From: Nitrospirota bacterium
GTDB taxonomy: Bacteria > Nitrospirota > UBA9217
NCBI GenBank assembly: GCA_963845065.1
Contig: CAWJQQ010000009.1
Location: forward strand, 320,001-384,000
DNA length: 64,000 bases
Reading direction: 5' to 3'
Positions 10,162-20,312 of the stretch are shown here, in pieces. Both the position numbers and the translations under genes were made by a program. Position 1 is the stretch's first letter; the number at the start of each line of letters is the position of its first letter. The notes beneath the pieces are model-generated. The model was not told the DNA's origin and made no database searches. It was given only the letters and a program-made list of their open reading frames with translations.

Positions 10162-10488
10162 TAACCATACCTCCCTAAACCAATTGCCTCTTAGACCTAA
10201 GCCTGATTCGTTCGCCTCCTTGCAGGCCATCTCACAGCGCACTCTATGTGGTAATGATATTCATGTTGTGGAAATGATTTACATATTTTTTTTATCGCAG
10301 CTCAAACTGTTATTTATTGTAAATTGCAAATTGTCGCATAATTGTCGCATAATGAGATGAAGCAGTTGGAACAGGTTTCTTTAAGATTTCCACCATTTAC
10401 CTTGCTCATTTGCGATCCTTGAGGTCGTTTGTAATTTAAATGCAGTAAATACCAAACTTTGCATCGCCTCAATATATATATAATATTC

Positions 10489-10504
10489 TGCATTATATGT
10501 GCCA
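10489..10504 (-). promoter_or_regulatory. Putative sigma54 (-24/-12) promoter facing the hydrogenase operon
   Basis: Minus strand TGGCACATATAATGCA has GG-N10-GC spacing. It lies about 320 nt upstream of ATG 10161. Confidence 0.4.
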
Positions 10505-10785
10505 CGATGGAATAAATACCATGTAGGTCAGCACTTCAGCTCATGGAGCTTAAATGGGATGGGAAAAGTGCTGCCATTCGATATGGGTTGAATACCCTAA
10601 ATATACCCCGGTCCGGGAATTGCGAATTTAGGCAGGTTGGGACAGACTCCAGTTCGGGTGGCAGTTTCAGGAAAAATCATAAAAACTTTTTTCTAGAATG
10701 TGAATAGTACCTTTACTTATTAGAGTGAAAATACTAAAATTTTGCAGAGTGAAGTCGCGTTCTCTTGTAGGAAGGTGAAACTTAA

Positions 10786-10986
10786 ATGGACACTAGGAAT
10801 TTAGAAGCGGTCCTTCTTTGGAAACTCTGTCCGACCTGTACCCTTGGGATCGTACGCGAGACTGACGACAAGGTGTTTATGTGCAACCATTCACAGTGCG
10901 GTGCTGTCTTCGACTTCTCTGCCATTCCCGACATGATGATTGCGATGCTACTCCAAAGAGAACAGAACACACCGCCGGGACAGTAG
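10786..10986 (+). CDS. Small putative Zn-ribbon protein (66 aa)
   Basis: GAAGGTG RBS, CPTC..CNHSQC motif, and an intrinsic terminator directly downstream. Confidence 0.6.
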   Translation: MDTRNLEAVLLWKLCPTCTLGIVRETDDKVFMCNHSQCGAVFDFSAIPDMMIAMLLQREQNTPPGQ

Positions 10987-11034
10987 AACGACATCGAATA
11001 AATATCCTCGGAATCAATTGTTTATCCTCCCCTT

Positions 11035-11066
11035 ATCCCCTTTCTTCCCGGAAAGGGGATTTTTTT
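11035..11066 (+). terminator. Rho-independent terminator
   Basis: ATCCCCTTTC-ttcccg-GAAAGGGGAT followed by a T-run. Confidence 0.8.
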
Positions 11067-12117
11067 ACACTTGGGAGGGCCGCGCACAAAGCTGGCCGCA
11101 GGCCGCGTTGATGTCGCGGCCGCGGCTGTTCCTGACAATAGTCACATACCCATTCATTACCAGCATGTCCCGCATGACAAAGGCACGTTGTTCATCAGGA
11201 CGGTCATAAGAACAGCCAGGGAAAGGGTTAAAGAGCAGAATATTGATCATGCAAGGTAGGCCTTTGAGCATGTCCATAAGCCGTTTTGTGTCCTCAGGGG
11301 AGTCGTTTATGTCCCTGAACAGTACATACTCGATGGTCACGGTCCTATTTGTTTTATCACAGTAATACCGCACTGCCTGCATCAGCCGTTCGATGGGATA
11401 TGTCTTGTTCACCGGCATGATCCGGTCCCTCACTTCATCCGTTGTAGCATTTAGAGATACCGCAAGGCTCACCTCCACACCGTCATTTGCTAGCTTTTCG
11501 ATCATGGGAGCCAGCCCGCAGGTCGATATTGTGACCTTCCGGGGCGAGAACCCCATTCCACTTCGGTCCGTAGCGATCTCGACAAATGATGTAATGGTTT
11601 CGTAATTACTGAGAGGTTCTCCTGTGCCCATGAGAACGATATTCGAGAATGTCCGCCTGCCTGCGATGTGACCGGCAGCATAGACCTGGTTTACGATCTC
11701 TGCAACGGTCAGATTGCGGACCAGACCTCCCGAGCCAGTGAGGCAGAAACCGCAGCCCGATGCACAGCCTACCTGTGTGGAGACGCAGAGCGTGAGCCGG
11801 CCTGGGCCGGGAATAATTACTCCTTCGACGGTATTTTCATCTTCCAAACGATACAGTAGTTTTTCGGTCCCGTCCTCAGAGGTTGTGCATTTTTTAACCG
11901 CGAGCTGTGATATTCTGCTATGCCTTTTGAGCTGCTCGCGGAATGGACGGTTCAAGTCGCTCATTGCGTCGAACTCTTCCGTCATCCGACGGTAAAGCCA
12001 GACCGAAACGCGGGTTCCCTGGCCAGACCTCTGGCCGAGCACAGAAGCGCAGAAGCGATCGATCTCTCGCGGAGTGAGAGATTTAAGGTCAATTATTGCA
12101 CGGGAAGTTTGATCCAT
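11065..12117 (-). CDS. rlmN: 23S rRNA m2A2503 / tRNA m2A37 radical SAM methyltransferase
   Basis: CVSTQVGCASGCGFC radical-SAM motif, LMGTGEP (MGMGEP-like) and C-terminal DINAACGQL. Confidence 0.92.
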   Translation of the reverse strand: MDQTSRAIIDLKSLTPREIDRFCASVLGQRSGQGTRVSVWLYRRMTEEFDAMSDLNRPFREQLKRHSRISQLAVKKCTTSEDGTEKLLYRLEDENTVEGVIIPGPGRLTLCVSTQVGCASGCGFCLTGSGGLVRNLTVAEIVNQVYAAGHIAGRRTFSNIVLMGTGEPLSNYETITSFVEIATDRSGMGFSPRKVTISTCGLAPMIEKLANDGVEVSLAVSLNATTDEVRDRIMPVNKTYPIERLMQAVRYYCDKTNRTVTIEYVLFRDINDSPEDTKRLMDMLKGLPCMINILLFNPFPGCSYDRPDEQRAFVMRDMLVMNGYVTIVRNSRGRDINAACGQLCARPSQV

Positions 12118-12270
12118 GGGAAAAACAGCAGCCGTCTGTGATTATTGCTTTTGTCTGATTTTTGTTGTTAGATACCGAAGTTTTAATATTAATACCTGCA
12201 CGTGGACATTGCAAGCGGTTTGTGTGGAAAGGCATTGACAGTCTTGTTGTTAGCATGCTATGTATTATTT

Positions 12271-12717
12271 ATGATAGCTTTGCTCCAGCGGGTGTCATCA
12301 GCTGCCGTTACAATTGACGGCCGTATCCTCGACGAAATCCGAAGAGGGCTGCTCGTATTTCTGTGCGCAGTGAAAGGAGATGCGGCGCAAGACCTCGACT
12401 ATCTCGTAAAAAAAGTATTGCAGCTCAGGATATTCGAGGATGCTCATGGGAAAATGAACCTTTCGGTCAGTGATGTCCGCGGGGCTGTCCTTGTGGTATC
12501 GCAGTTTACACTGGCAGCATCAATTCGCAAGGGCAATCGCCCATCATTCGATAACGCAGAAACGCCGGAACTGGCAAAAGTATGGTATGATCTTTTCATC
12601 AAACATCTTGAGAACGCAGGGCTCACAATAAAGACCGGCGCTTTCGGAGCTATGATGGATGTTTCGCTCGTCAATGACGGTCCAGTAACGATATGGGTAG
12701 ACTCTCGAAGATCATGA
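12271..12717 (+). CDS. dtd: D-aminoacyl-tRNA deacylase
   Basis: LQRVS, RIFED..GKMNLS, SQFTL, GNRPSF, NDGPVT. Confidence 0.96.
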   Translation: MIALLQRVSSAAVTIDGRILDEIRRGLLVFLCAVKGDAAQDLDYLVKKVLQLRIFEDAHGKMNLSVSDVRGAVLVVSQFTLAASIRKGNRPSFDNAETPELAKVWYDLFIKHLENAGLTIKTGAFGAMMDVSLVNDGPVTIWVDSRRS

Positions 12718-12781
12718 GATCGCGCCTCCTTTTTTCCATCGTAATGTCCGGCAGGTAGCTGAAAACCAACGAAAAACTTCC

Positions 12782-12810
12782 TTGACAATCATGGCCGTAC
12801 TCTTTATATT
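12782..12810 (+). promoter_or_regulatory. sigma70 promoter of tRNA-Leu
   Basis: TTGACA-17 nt-TATATT, ending 10 nt before the tRNA. Confidence 0.8.
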
Positions 12811-12820
12811 ACTCACTCGT

Positions 12821-12907
12821 GCCGAAGTGGTGGAACTGGTAGACGCGCTGCGTTCAGGGCGCAGTGGGAGCAATCCTGTGGGGGTTCGAGTCCCCCCTTC
12901 GGCACCA
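12821..12907 (+). tRNA. tRNA-Leu (CAG)
   Basis: GCCGAAG/CTTCGGC acceptor stem, anticodon arm CTGCG-TTCAGGG-CGCAG, long variable arm, GGTTCGAGTCC T-loop, encoded CCA; 87 nt. Confidence 0.97.
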
Positions 12908-13023
12908 TCTTACATGAAAACTATTCGCAAATTGCGCAACCTCAAGCCATAGCAGACAGCCGCATCCTGAATGGAATTAATCTGGATGTCTGTGCGTTAG
13001 CGGGCTCTACGGGAGATCTTCCC

Positions 13024-13752
13024 ATGAAAATAAATCTCATCATATTCCTCCTCGTGCTTCTAGCCGGATGCTCTTCGTTATCACCTCCTTACGATGCCGT
13101 ACGTACGTTTAGCGATGCTGAACAGAGCATGCGCAATGAGGATTATGAAAAGGCCCGTAAAGACTATCAGCAAATTCAAGAGAAGTCTCCGGACAAAAGC
13201 TACGATGCCCTCATCATGCTTCGTATCGCAGATACGTACTATGGGGAAGAAAAATACAGCGAAGCGCTTGTCGAGTACCAGAATTTCTTGAACTACCACC
13301 CAGTGCACAAAGACTCCCCCTATGTACAATATCAGATCGCGATGTGCAGCTACAAAGAACTGACTTCAATTGACCGTGACCCGACACCGGCCCACATGGT
13401 TATCAGGGAAATGACAAAACTTCTCGAAAAGTATCCCAATAGCGGGTACGAAGATCAGGCCAAACTATACATCGCTATCTGCCGGGAATGGATCGCAGAC
13501 TATGAACTTTACGTTGCACGCTTCTATTACAAACTCGATTCATACAAGGCAGCGATCGGAAGATGTGAGAATCTGTTGAAGGATTACCCGGGAACTTCCG
13601 CCGAGAAAGACGCTTTGTACTATGCGGGACTGTCATACATACAACTCGGTGAACGAGACCAGGCCCGCACCAAACTCGAAACCCTTGAGCAGAAATATCC
13701 TGCCATGAAGAGAACTGCCCTGGCCCTTCTCCGTAAGCTCCCGACGCCATGA
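13024..13752 (+). CDS. bamD: Outer membrane protein assembly factor BamD (lipoprotein)
   Basis: LAGC lipobox, TPR repeats, IDRD, KYPNS and ELYVARFY motifs. Confidence 0.9.
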   Translation: MKINLIIFLLVLLAGCSSLSPPYDAVRTFSDAEQSMRNEDYEKARKDYQQIQEKSPDKSYDALIMLRIADTYYGEEKYSEALVEYQNFLNYHPVHKDSPYVQYQIAMCSYKELTSIDRDPTPAHMVIREMTKLLEKYPNSGYEDQAKLYIAICREWIADYELYVARFYYKLDSYKAAIGRCENLLKDYPGTSAEKDALYYAGLSYIQLGERDQARTKLETLEQKYPAMKRTALALLRKLPTP

Positions 13753-14393
13753 GGTACTACCCCGCCTATCTGGATATGAGGGGCCGCCCTTGTCTGGTCA
13801 TTGGCGGGGGAACTGTAGCGGAACGCAAAACACTGACCCTCCTTGAAGCGGGGGCAGATATTACGATCGTGAGCCCTACACTCACGTTAAAACTTCAAGA
13901 ACTCTCCCTGTCGGGAAAGATTACTCACCGTAAAAAAAAATTCGAAGAAAAAGACCTTTCCGGCGAGTTCCTCGTGATAGCGGCTACCGATTCCCCGGAC
14001 TTGAACAGCATTGCCGCGCAGGCCTGCAAAATAAAACATATCCTAGTGAATGTTGTTGTTCCGCCAGATGAGAGCAGCTTCATCGTCCCCTCGGTGGTCG
14101 AGCGGGGTGATCTTCTGATTGCTGTGTCGACGGGTGGAATTAGCCCGGCGCTTGCTAAGAAAATCCGGCAGGAGATCGAAGCGCACTATGGGGCGGAATA
14201 CACACTGTTTCTCGAAAGGCTGGCAACGGTCCGGAAGCGGGTCCTTGACGAAGTGCCAGACGAGCAGAATAGGAGAGCGATTTTTCAGGCCATCGTAGAT
14301 TCCGACGTGATCGATCTAGTGAAACAGGGAAAAATGCACGAAGCAGACGTGCGGATTGCGGAGATTTCTCGATTAAAGCATCTGGGCGGTTGA
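13749..14393 (+). CDS. Precorrin-2 dehydrogenase / sirohydrochlorin ferrochelatase (CysG N-terminal/SirC-like)
   Basis: YYPAYLD, GGGTVAERK, LVIAATD, FIVPS, IAVSTGGISPALA. Confidence 0.92.
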   Translation: MRYYPAYLDMRGRPCLVIGGGTVAERKTLTLLEAGADITIVSPTLTLKLQELSLSGKITHRKKKFEEKDLSGEFLVIAATDSPDLNSIAAQACKIKHILVNVVVPPDESSFIVPSVVERGDLLIAVSTGGISPALAKKIRQEIEAHYGAEYTLFLERLATVRKRVLDEVPDEQNRRAIFQAIVDSDVIDLVKQGKMHEADVRIAEISRLKHLGG

Positions 14394-14496
14394 ATCCCCG
14401 AAATTGCAATGCGACAAAGACGCGGGGGGCATATGCCGAGTTCGTTCGTGACCGGCTGCAGTCCCAAAGGCAAATGTGATGCGCGTCCTAAAGCGG

Positions 14497-14961
14497 TTAT
14501 CCGGGGTGAACATGTTGTTGTAAGGTGCGGTCGATCCAGTTTTCCAGCTCGGTACTTTGCGCTGGAGCTCCGTCGAAGCGCGCGAGCTGGTGGCCATTTC
14601 GATAGAGAATAAAAGTGGGTGTGGCCTTGATCATAAAACGCCGTGCAAGGACCGGCTCGGAGTCCACGTCAACCTTGATGATCTTTAGCCGGCCGGCCCT
14701 TTTCATCGCAAGCGAATTGATATATGGTTCGATCGTACGGCAATACCCGCACCATTTGGCCCAGAATTCCGCAACAATGACTTCCGGCCAGTCCTTGACC
14801 TGCTGCTCGTAACTCGCTTCTGTCACGTTGATGGGCGCATGAGGCACCTCAAGGGGAGCTTTGCACTGACCGCATATCGGATGGCTGTCGAGTTTGCCCT
14901 CGGGTATGCGGTTCAGCGTTTTGCAGGCTTTGCATCGTACAATGGTGGAAATATTCGGCAT
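14497..14961 (-). CDS. Thioredoxin with N-terminal Zn finger (TrxC-like)
   Basis: CKAC..CGQC Zn site plus a WCGYC active site. Confidence 0.88.
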   Translation of the reverse strand: MPNISTIVRCKACKTLNRIPEGKLDSHPICGQCKAPLEVPHAPINVTEASYEQQVKDWPEVIVAEFWAKWCGYCRTIEPYINSLAMKRAGRLKIIKVDVDSEPVLARRFMIKATPTFILYRNGHQLARFDGAPAQSTELENWIDRTLQQHVHPG

Positions 14962-15142
14962 TAAGTGCCTCTATTCTCCTTTGTGGCATCATAACACAGT
15001 ATAGTATAGCGTATTTCTTCGGATTCATTTGACTGCTGGTGCGTTGTTTCTCACCCACACCGGCCGTCCCAGTCTGGGATCCTCCGATAAACTCATTTCC
15101 CATTTATTCTTTCATCACGGGAGATGATGGCTATCGTTTTTC

Positions 15143-15550
15143 CTAGGGTTCTGCGGTAATCGTGATTTTTCTGGCCTTCGCCGTAGCTGCCTTGGGCATG
15201 ACCAGCCGCAATATCCCGTTTTTCATTGTTGCATGGATCCGTTCTTTGTCCACTTCGTCGGACAGGGTGAAGGCGCGCTGGTAGTCGCCGATGCCATATT
15301 CCGAATAAGCCAAGCGGTACGGCTCGGGCACTTCCGACTCGACCCGCCCGTTGATGGTCAGCACATTCTTCTCGAGACTAATGTCGAGCGATTTCTCGTC
15401 CACACCCGGCAGATCAGCTGTCACTACGATCTCGTCCTTTCGCTCCAGGATATCGACGTTCGGCGTATACACTTTATGTGGCCGCATGCGCTCCACACCT
15501 TCAGGCGTGCCGGCTTCTTTCTTCGTTATTTCCCTCGGTGATTCTGTCAT
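15143..15550 (-). CDS. Hsp20/alpha-crystallin small heat shock protein
   Basis: PNVDI, ADLPGV, YQRAFTL, NGILRL. Confidence 0.93.
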   Translation of the reverse strand: MTESPREITKKEAGTPEGVERMRPHKVYTPNVDILERKDEIVVTADLPGVDEKSLDISLEKNVLTINGRVESEVPEPYRLAYSEYGIGDYQRAFTLSDEVDKERIHATMKNGILRLVMPKAATAKARKITITAEP

Positions 15551-15569
15551 GGTCTAGCCTCCTTTGTCT

Positions 15570-15998
15570 CTATTCGAACTTGATTGCAATCTTTCTTGGT
15601 TTGTCTGCTTCCGCACGCGGGACGGTCAAGTGGAGAACGCCCTTATTAAAACGTGCCTCTACTTTCTCGGTATTGATGAGGTAGGGAAGGTCGATTGTCC
15701 TGGTGAATTGGCCGTGCCACCTCTCTTGCCGGTGATAACATTCGTCTTCACACGCATCCTCTAGCTTTCGCGAACCTCGCAAAGTGATTGACTTGCCATT
15801 TACCGAAATATCTACCTCCTCGGCATTAATGCCTGGCAACTCCGATGTGATGATGGCCTTGTCGCTATCGGCCCAGACATTCACTGCCGGAAACTCACTC
15901 GTTGATTGAGCGAGCATCCCTGATGCTGCACGATTTAATCTCTCTATGGTGCGCCACGGATCAAGTAAACCGAACCTGCTGAAATCAGTACTTAACAT
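15570..15998 (-). CDS. Hsp20/alpha-crystallin small heat shock protein
   Basis: FPAVNV, ELPGI, ERWHGQFTRTIDLP, GVLHLTVP, KPRKIAI; GGAGG RBS. Confidence 0.93.
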   Translation of the reverse strand: MLSTDFSRFGLLDPWRTIERLNRAASGMLAQSTSEFPAVNVWADSDKAIITSELPGINAEEVDISVNGKSITLRGSRKLEDACEDECYHRQERWHGQFTRTIDLPYLINTEKVEARFNKGVLHLTVPRAEADKPRKIAIKFE

Positions 15999-16040
15999 GC
16001 GCTGCCCTCCTTGTGATAGGATATTAGATTAGGACTTAAA

Positions 16041-16067
16041 TTAGCACTCTAAGTGCTAGAGTGCTAA
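16041..16067. promoter_or_regulatory. CIRCE element (HrcA operator)
   Basis: Perfect TTAGCACTC-N9-GAGTGCTAA between the minus-strand promoter (TTGACA 16101-16096, TACATT 16079-16074) and the hsp20 start. Confidence 0.95.
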
Positions 16068-16556
16068 TGTTTAAATGTACCTCAAAAAATAAAAATGTCA
16101 AGTTAATGACACAATAAAACAGATATTTTTTTAAGTGTATGTTAATATAAATAAAAATGTTCGTTAAATAATTTGTGATATGTTTTAGCAAGTAAAATTG
16201 TGTTTTATTAAATTAACAATCTATCAGTTTTTATCTTAAACAACCGCTGCAGGCCCCTTTTTCACATATCGTTGGACCAGCGGATGCCTGTAATTCTTTT
16301 TTTATTTTTCTTTGTAGGATTCACCTGTGCCTCATATTTCGGGAAAAGCAGTCGATCGTATCGACCAGTCATGGTCGCGCTAGATTTCCCACCTGCGACC
16401 AAATAGCTGCATACCTTCAACAGACTCGTTCTGAAGGTCAAGAATACTTTTGCCCTATACCTGTTTGATTAAATAGGTGGTACATTAAAATTAGAAGTGA
16501 AATAGTGGCATCAAAGTAGAAGACGGATATATTAGTTTAGAAGGAGGTGCACCTTT

Positions 16557-17000
16557 ATGATAGTACGTACTTCGGAAGCCCTGTGGGAAGGGAACCTTAA
16601 AAAAGGAAAAGGAACGATAAAGCTAGGTAGTGGGAGTTTAGGAGGGAGCTATTCTTTCGGCTCCCGTTTCGAGCACGCTTCAGGCACGAACCCTGAAGAA
16701 TTGATCGGTGCTGCACACGCAGGATGCTTCAATATGGCCTTTGCGATGTTGCTGGAGCAAAAAGGGTATACGGTCAACCGCATACGCACCGTAGCGAAGG
16801 TATCTATTGATAAGGTCGGTGAGGGGTACAAGATCCCGACTATCGAGCTTGATATGGAGTGCGATGTGATGGGTATCGATGAGAAGACGTGCATGGACAT
16901 TGCAGAATTAGCCAAGAGAAACTGTCCTGTATCGCTTGCCCTGTCTGGTGTAGACATCAAACTTATACCTAAGCTCGTAAAGCGACCAAAGGCTGCATGA
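16557..17000 (+). CDS. osmC: OsmC family peroxiredoxin
   Basis: WEGNLKKGKG, SRFE..GTNPEELIGAAHAGCF, CPVS. Confidence 0.93.
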   Translation: MIVRTSEALWEGNLKKGKGTIKLGSGSLGGSYSFGSRFEHASGTNPEELIGAAHAGCFNMAFAMLLEQKGYTVNRIRTVAKVSIDKVGEGYKIPTIELDMECDVMGIDEKTCMDIAELAKRNCPVSLALSGVDIKLIPKLVKRPKAA

Positions 17001-17020
17001 GGTGACTAACTTTTCAACTG

Positions 17021-17059
17021 AGAAAGACGTGGAGATCCTTTTCTCCGCGTCTTTCTTTT
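17021..17059 (+). terminator. Rho-independent terminator after osmC
   Basis: AGAAAGACGTGGAGA..TCTCCGCGTCTTTCT followed by T's. Confidence 0.75.
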
Positions 17060-17179
17060 GCGCTAGGCGGTATATCCCGTTTTATAAATTTTTACTGATC
17101 TTCATTTCATTTTCCTGCCTATTCCTTACTTTACACTTTCTTCATGAATAAACGATATTTATTAAACTTCTCACCAGGA

Positions 17180-17904
17180 ATTGACCTTCCGTAAGGGAGG
17201 TAATGAAAGACAGCATTTTTGACAAGATTTGATCCACGTGCTATCTTTTATAGTATTGCAATGTTAAAAATAAAAACTTATAAATACCGCAGCTATCCTA
17301 CGAAAAAACAGGCATTGATTCTCCCTCAAACGCTTGATGCCTGTCGGATACTCTGTAATTCATGTATCGTAGACAGAAAAAACGCTTTTGAGAAGACCGG
17401 CAAAGGGCTTGCCAGGATACGACAGCAGAAGATCCTTAAGAGCGACAAAAGCAAAATAAATTCCCTTGATGGCATTCACTCTCAAGTCCTGCAGAATGTT
17501 TTGTTTCGCGTTGACCGGTCCTTTCAGAATTTCTTTCGCAGAGTTAAAGACAAGTCCGGGAAAGCCGGTTACCCGCGGTTTAAGGGTATAGGACAGTACG
17601 ACTCTATCCATTATTACAGGCTCCAGGGGTTCCAGATAACGCCGCAGGGTCTTAACCTTTCCAAGATAGGAACCATCAAGGCAAGGCTTCACCGCCCTAT
17701 CGTTGGAGATATCAAAACCTATACGGTTAAAAGAGAACACGACAAATGGTATGCATGCTTCTCCCCGAAATCTACGCCAATTCCCAGAACTGCAGCTGAT
17801 AAGGCCATTGGAATAGAGGAGATTTTTTCTCACCGCATATTCCCTTTTTGAATAGGGAAATAGTGCGGGACACTGCATATGCTTTAGCGGTGGGATTATA
17901 TCAA
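17180..17904 (+). mobile_element. Internally deleted IS200/IS605 remnant
   Basis: The tnpB fragment is followed by a right-end-like GCTTTAGCGGTGGGATTATATCAA. A small hairpin CCTTCC-GTAA-GGGAGG near 17187-17202 may be the left end; that boundary is uncertain. Confidence 0.55.
17261..17851 (+). pseudogene. Truncated TnpB (IS200/IS605), RuvC and Zn finger lost
   Basis: TYKYRSYPTKKQ HTH start, HSQVLQ..RVDRSFQNFFRR..GYPRFK, LSKIGTIK, KWYAC. Homology stops at KAIGIE, where RuvC-I (GIDxG) should be. Confidence 0.88.
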
Positions 17905-18015
17905 TCAGTCTCCATTGTTCATTTTTGCAGTTTCTCGTATGGTAAATGGGACGTATATGCGAATATAACGAAATACCGTTAACGGACGTTTGTGAACCAA
18001 ATGAGGGAGGAACCC

Positions 18016-18579
18016 ATGGAACTTTTTGAGGCTATGAAAACACGAAGAAGCATCCGCCAGTATTCCGACAAACCAGTCGAAGATAATAAGCTCCAGCAAG
18101 TTATCGAGTCTGTTCGTATGGCGCCCTCATGGGCAAACTATCAATGCTGGCGCCTTATCGTAGTGAAGGACAAGGCCATGAAAGAACAGATCAGTGCTCT
18201 ATCTTATGTCGAGTCCTATTTCGCGGCGAAAGGCTACAAGTCGAACCCTTCTATGAAGGCCCTTGCCGAAGCGCCTGTAGTCATTGTCCTGTGTGCCGAG
18301 CCTGGGCAATCGGGTGTCATCTGGGGTCAGAATTACTATCTCGTCGATATTGGGCTCGCGGCCCAGAACATGATGCTGGCGGCAAGAGGCTTGGGATTGG
18401 GAACGGTGTTCGTGGGTGTTTATGACGAGGGAAAACTCAAAAACCTCCTGCATATTCCCTCCGCGATCAGGATCGTCGGACTCTTCCCGCTGGGATATCC
18501 CGTAGAAGATAAAAAAGTCGGTCCCCCAAGAAAGCCACTGCAGGAGATCTGTTATTATGAGCACTGGGAAGGGAAGTGA
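18016..18579 (+). CDS. Nitroreductase family protein
   Basis: [44 protein letters not shown]. Confidence 0.93.
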   Translation: MELFEAMKTRRSIRQYSDKPVEDNKLQQVIESVRMAPSWANYQCWRLIVVKDKAMKEQISALSYVESYFAAKGYKSNPSMKALAEAPVVIVLCAEPGQSGVIWGQNYYLVDIGLAAQNMMLAARGLGLGTVFVGVYDEGKLKNLLHIPSAIRIVGLFPLGYPVEDKKVGPPRKPLQEICYYEHWEGK

Positions 18580-18639
18580 TACCAAAGGTGAGCAGCAAAA
18601 GATGCTGAGACCATCATTACCTCATGAGGGGGGTGAAGC

Positions 18640-19479
18640 ATGAAGATCACGTGCTGGGGGGCAAGAGGTTCCATCGCGGTATCCGGCAAAGAATACGTGA
18701 AGTACGGCGGAGATACAACATGCATCGAGATCAGAAGCAAGGACGGTGATGTCATCATCATCGACGCTGGCACCGGCATAAGAAAACTAGGGAACAGTCT
18801 GCTTTCCTCGGACAAGCGCACCTACAGTATGCTCTTCACACATGCCCACTGGGACCACCTGATTGGGTTTCCTTTTTTTAAGCCAATCTACATGAAAGGA
18901 ACGAAAATCAGCCTCTATGGTTGTCCCTATACACAGAAATCTGTTGGAGACATTCTTTCAAAATCCATGATGGCCCCCTACTTTCCCATAGAGTTTGGTC
19001 AGCTGCAGGCCCAAATGGAGTCTCACTCAGTATGCGAAGAAACATTTAATATCGGGCCTATCGAGATCACGCCAATCCAACTGAGTCATCCAAACCGGGG
19101 GATCGGATACAAGTTTATCGAGGACGAAAAGAGCTTTGTTTTTCTTACCGACAATGAACTTTCTCATCGACATCCCGGCGGCGGCCTATTCGATGACTAC
19201 CTCCATTTTGCCGTAGATGCAGATCTTCTTGTCCATGATGCTGAATATACTGAGGACCAGTATAAGATCACAAAAGGTTGGGGGCATTCCCTGTATACCG
19301 ATGCTCTCCATCTTGCCATGGAAGCGAATGTAAAGCAGTTCGGACTTTTTCATCACAATCAAGACAGGTCAGACGCAGCACTAGACCATATCGTAGACGA
19401 TTGCAGCAGAATTGTTCAAAAGGGAAAATCGGGGCTCCAATGCTTTGCTTCCTACGCAGGGTTGGAAATAGACTTATGA
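18640..19479 (+). CDS. MBL-fold metallo-hydrolase (RNase Z/phosphodiesterase-like)
   Basis: WGARGS, YGGDTTC, DAGTG, THAHWDH, TDNE, HDAEY, WGHS, FHH. Confidence 0.9.
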   Translation: MKITCWGARGSIAVSGKEYVKYGGDTTCIEIRSKDGDVIIIDAGTGIRKLGNSLLSSDKRTYSMLFTHAHWDHLIGFPFFKPIYMKGTKISLYGCPYTQKSVGDILSKSMMAPYFPIEFGQLQAQMESHSVCEETFNIGPIEITPIQLSHPNRGIGYKFIEDEKSFVFLTDNELSHRHPGGGLFDDYLHFAVDADLLVHDAEYTEDQYKITKGWGHSLYTDALHLAMEANVKQFGLFHHNQDRSDAALDHIVDDCSRIVQKGKSGLQCFASYAGLEIDL

Positions 19480-20312
19480 TAAAGGGTTGCTGATGAGTGA
19501 ATCCGTTGGTTTGATGATTAATATTATAAAATCAATGGATTGAACATGACTTTCATTGCCATTTATGTATCTTTGGCGGGGCTTTGTCACGAAATTGCCA
19601 GATCTCCTGCTTTCTGATCATCATTTGACAACAATACTGCTTTCATCAGGAAGTCAACATCCAATGAGTCATTGAGATCCTTACCGGCCTGAAGGCCGAG
19701 GATTTCCGACTCAGGCACGCAGAAAGATAAAGCATGCACTTCTGGCTGCCGTTAGTTGTGAACATACGTTTTCTGGCTTGGGAAAAATCATTATGCAGTT
19801 TGACGTAAAAGCCACTCCAGACATTCACCTTCCATGACATCACCCCGCAGATTCCGTGTTGTCGTAAATGTGCCTGATCTCGTTCTTTCACAGTCCACGA
19901 AGCCAATGACACGGTCATCATTGAGAATTTCGAAATTCTGCCTCCATACTCCGGATTGAACGATCTGGCATAAACCCTGTACCTTTAGCATATTCAGCCT
20001 CCCGTTAGCATTCCTATCGGCATTTTGAAAAATTTCTTTACACCAATCGAATATTGTTGATCTGGAAGTCATCGTTGTTTGGATCTACGATGAGTGGCAG
20101 GTACCAACATTCAGCGGGGAAAATGGAATCGAATCCGTAATGGGACTCCAGATCTACCTGAAAATCTTCCGAATTAATTATTACTTGACAATGGTATCAA
20201 TGGGCAGACGAAATTCGTTTTTTGATCTCGCGGTACAGAGTTGAGGATGTCTACCAATACCGGTTGCGCGGTTCCGATAGTCACACCGGAACGAAGGAGT
20301 ATGGATGTGAGA

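Noticed and set aside
12235..12273. Leaderless promoter for dtd
   Set aside because: The -35 is a perfect TTGACA, but the -10 candidate TATGTA lacks the conserved final T.
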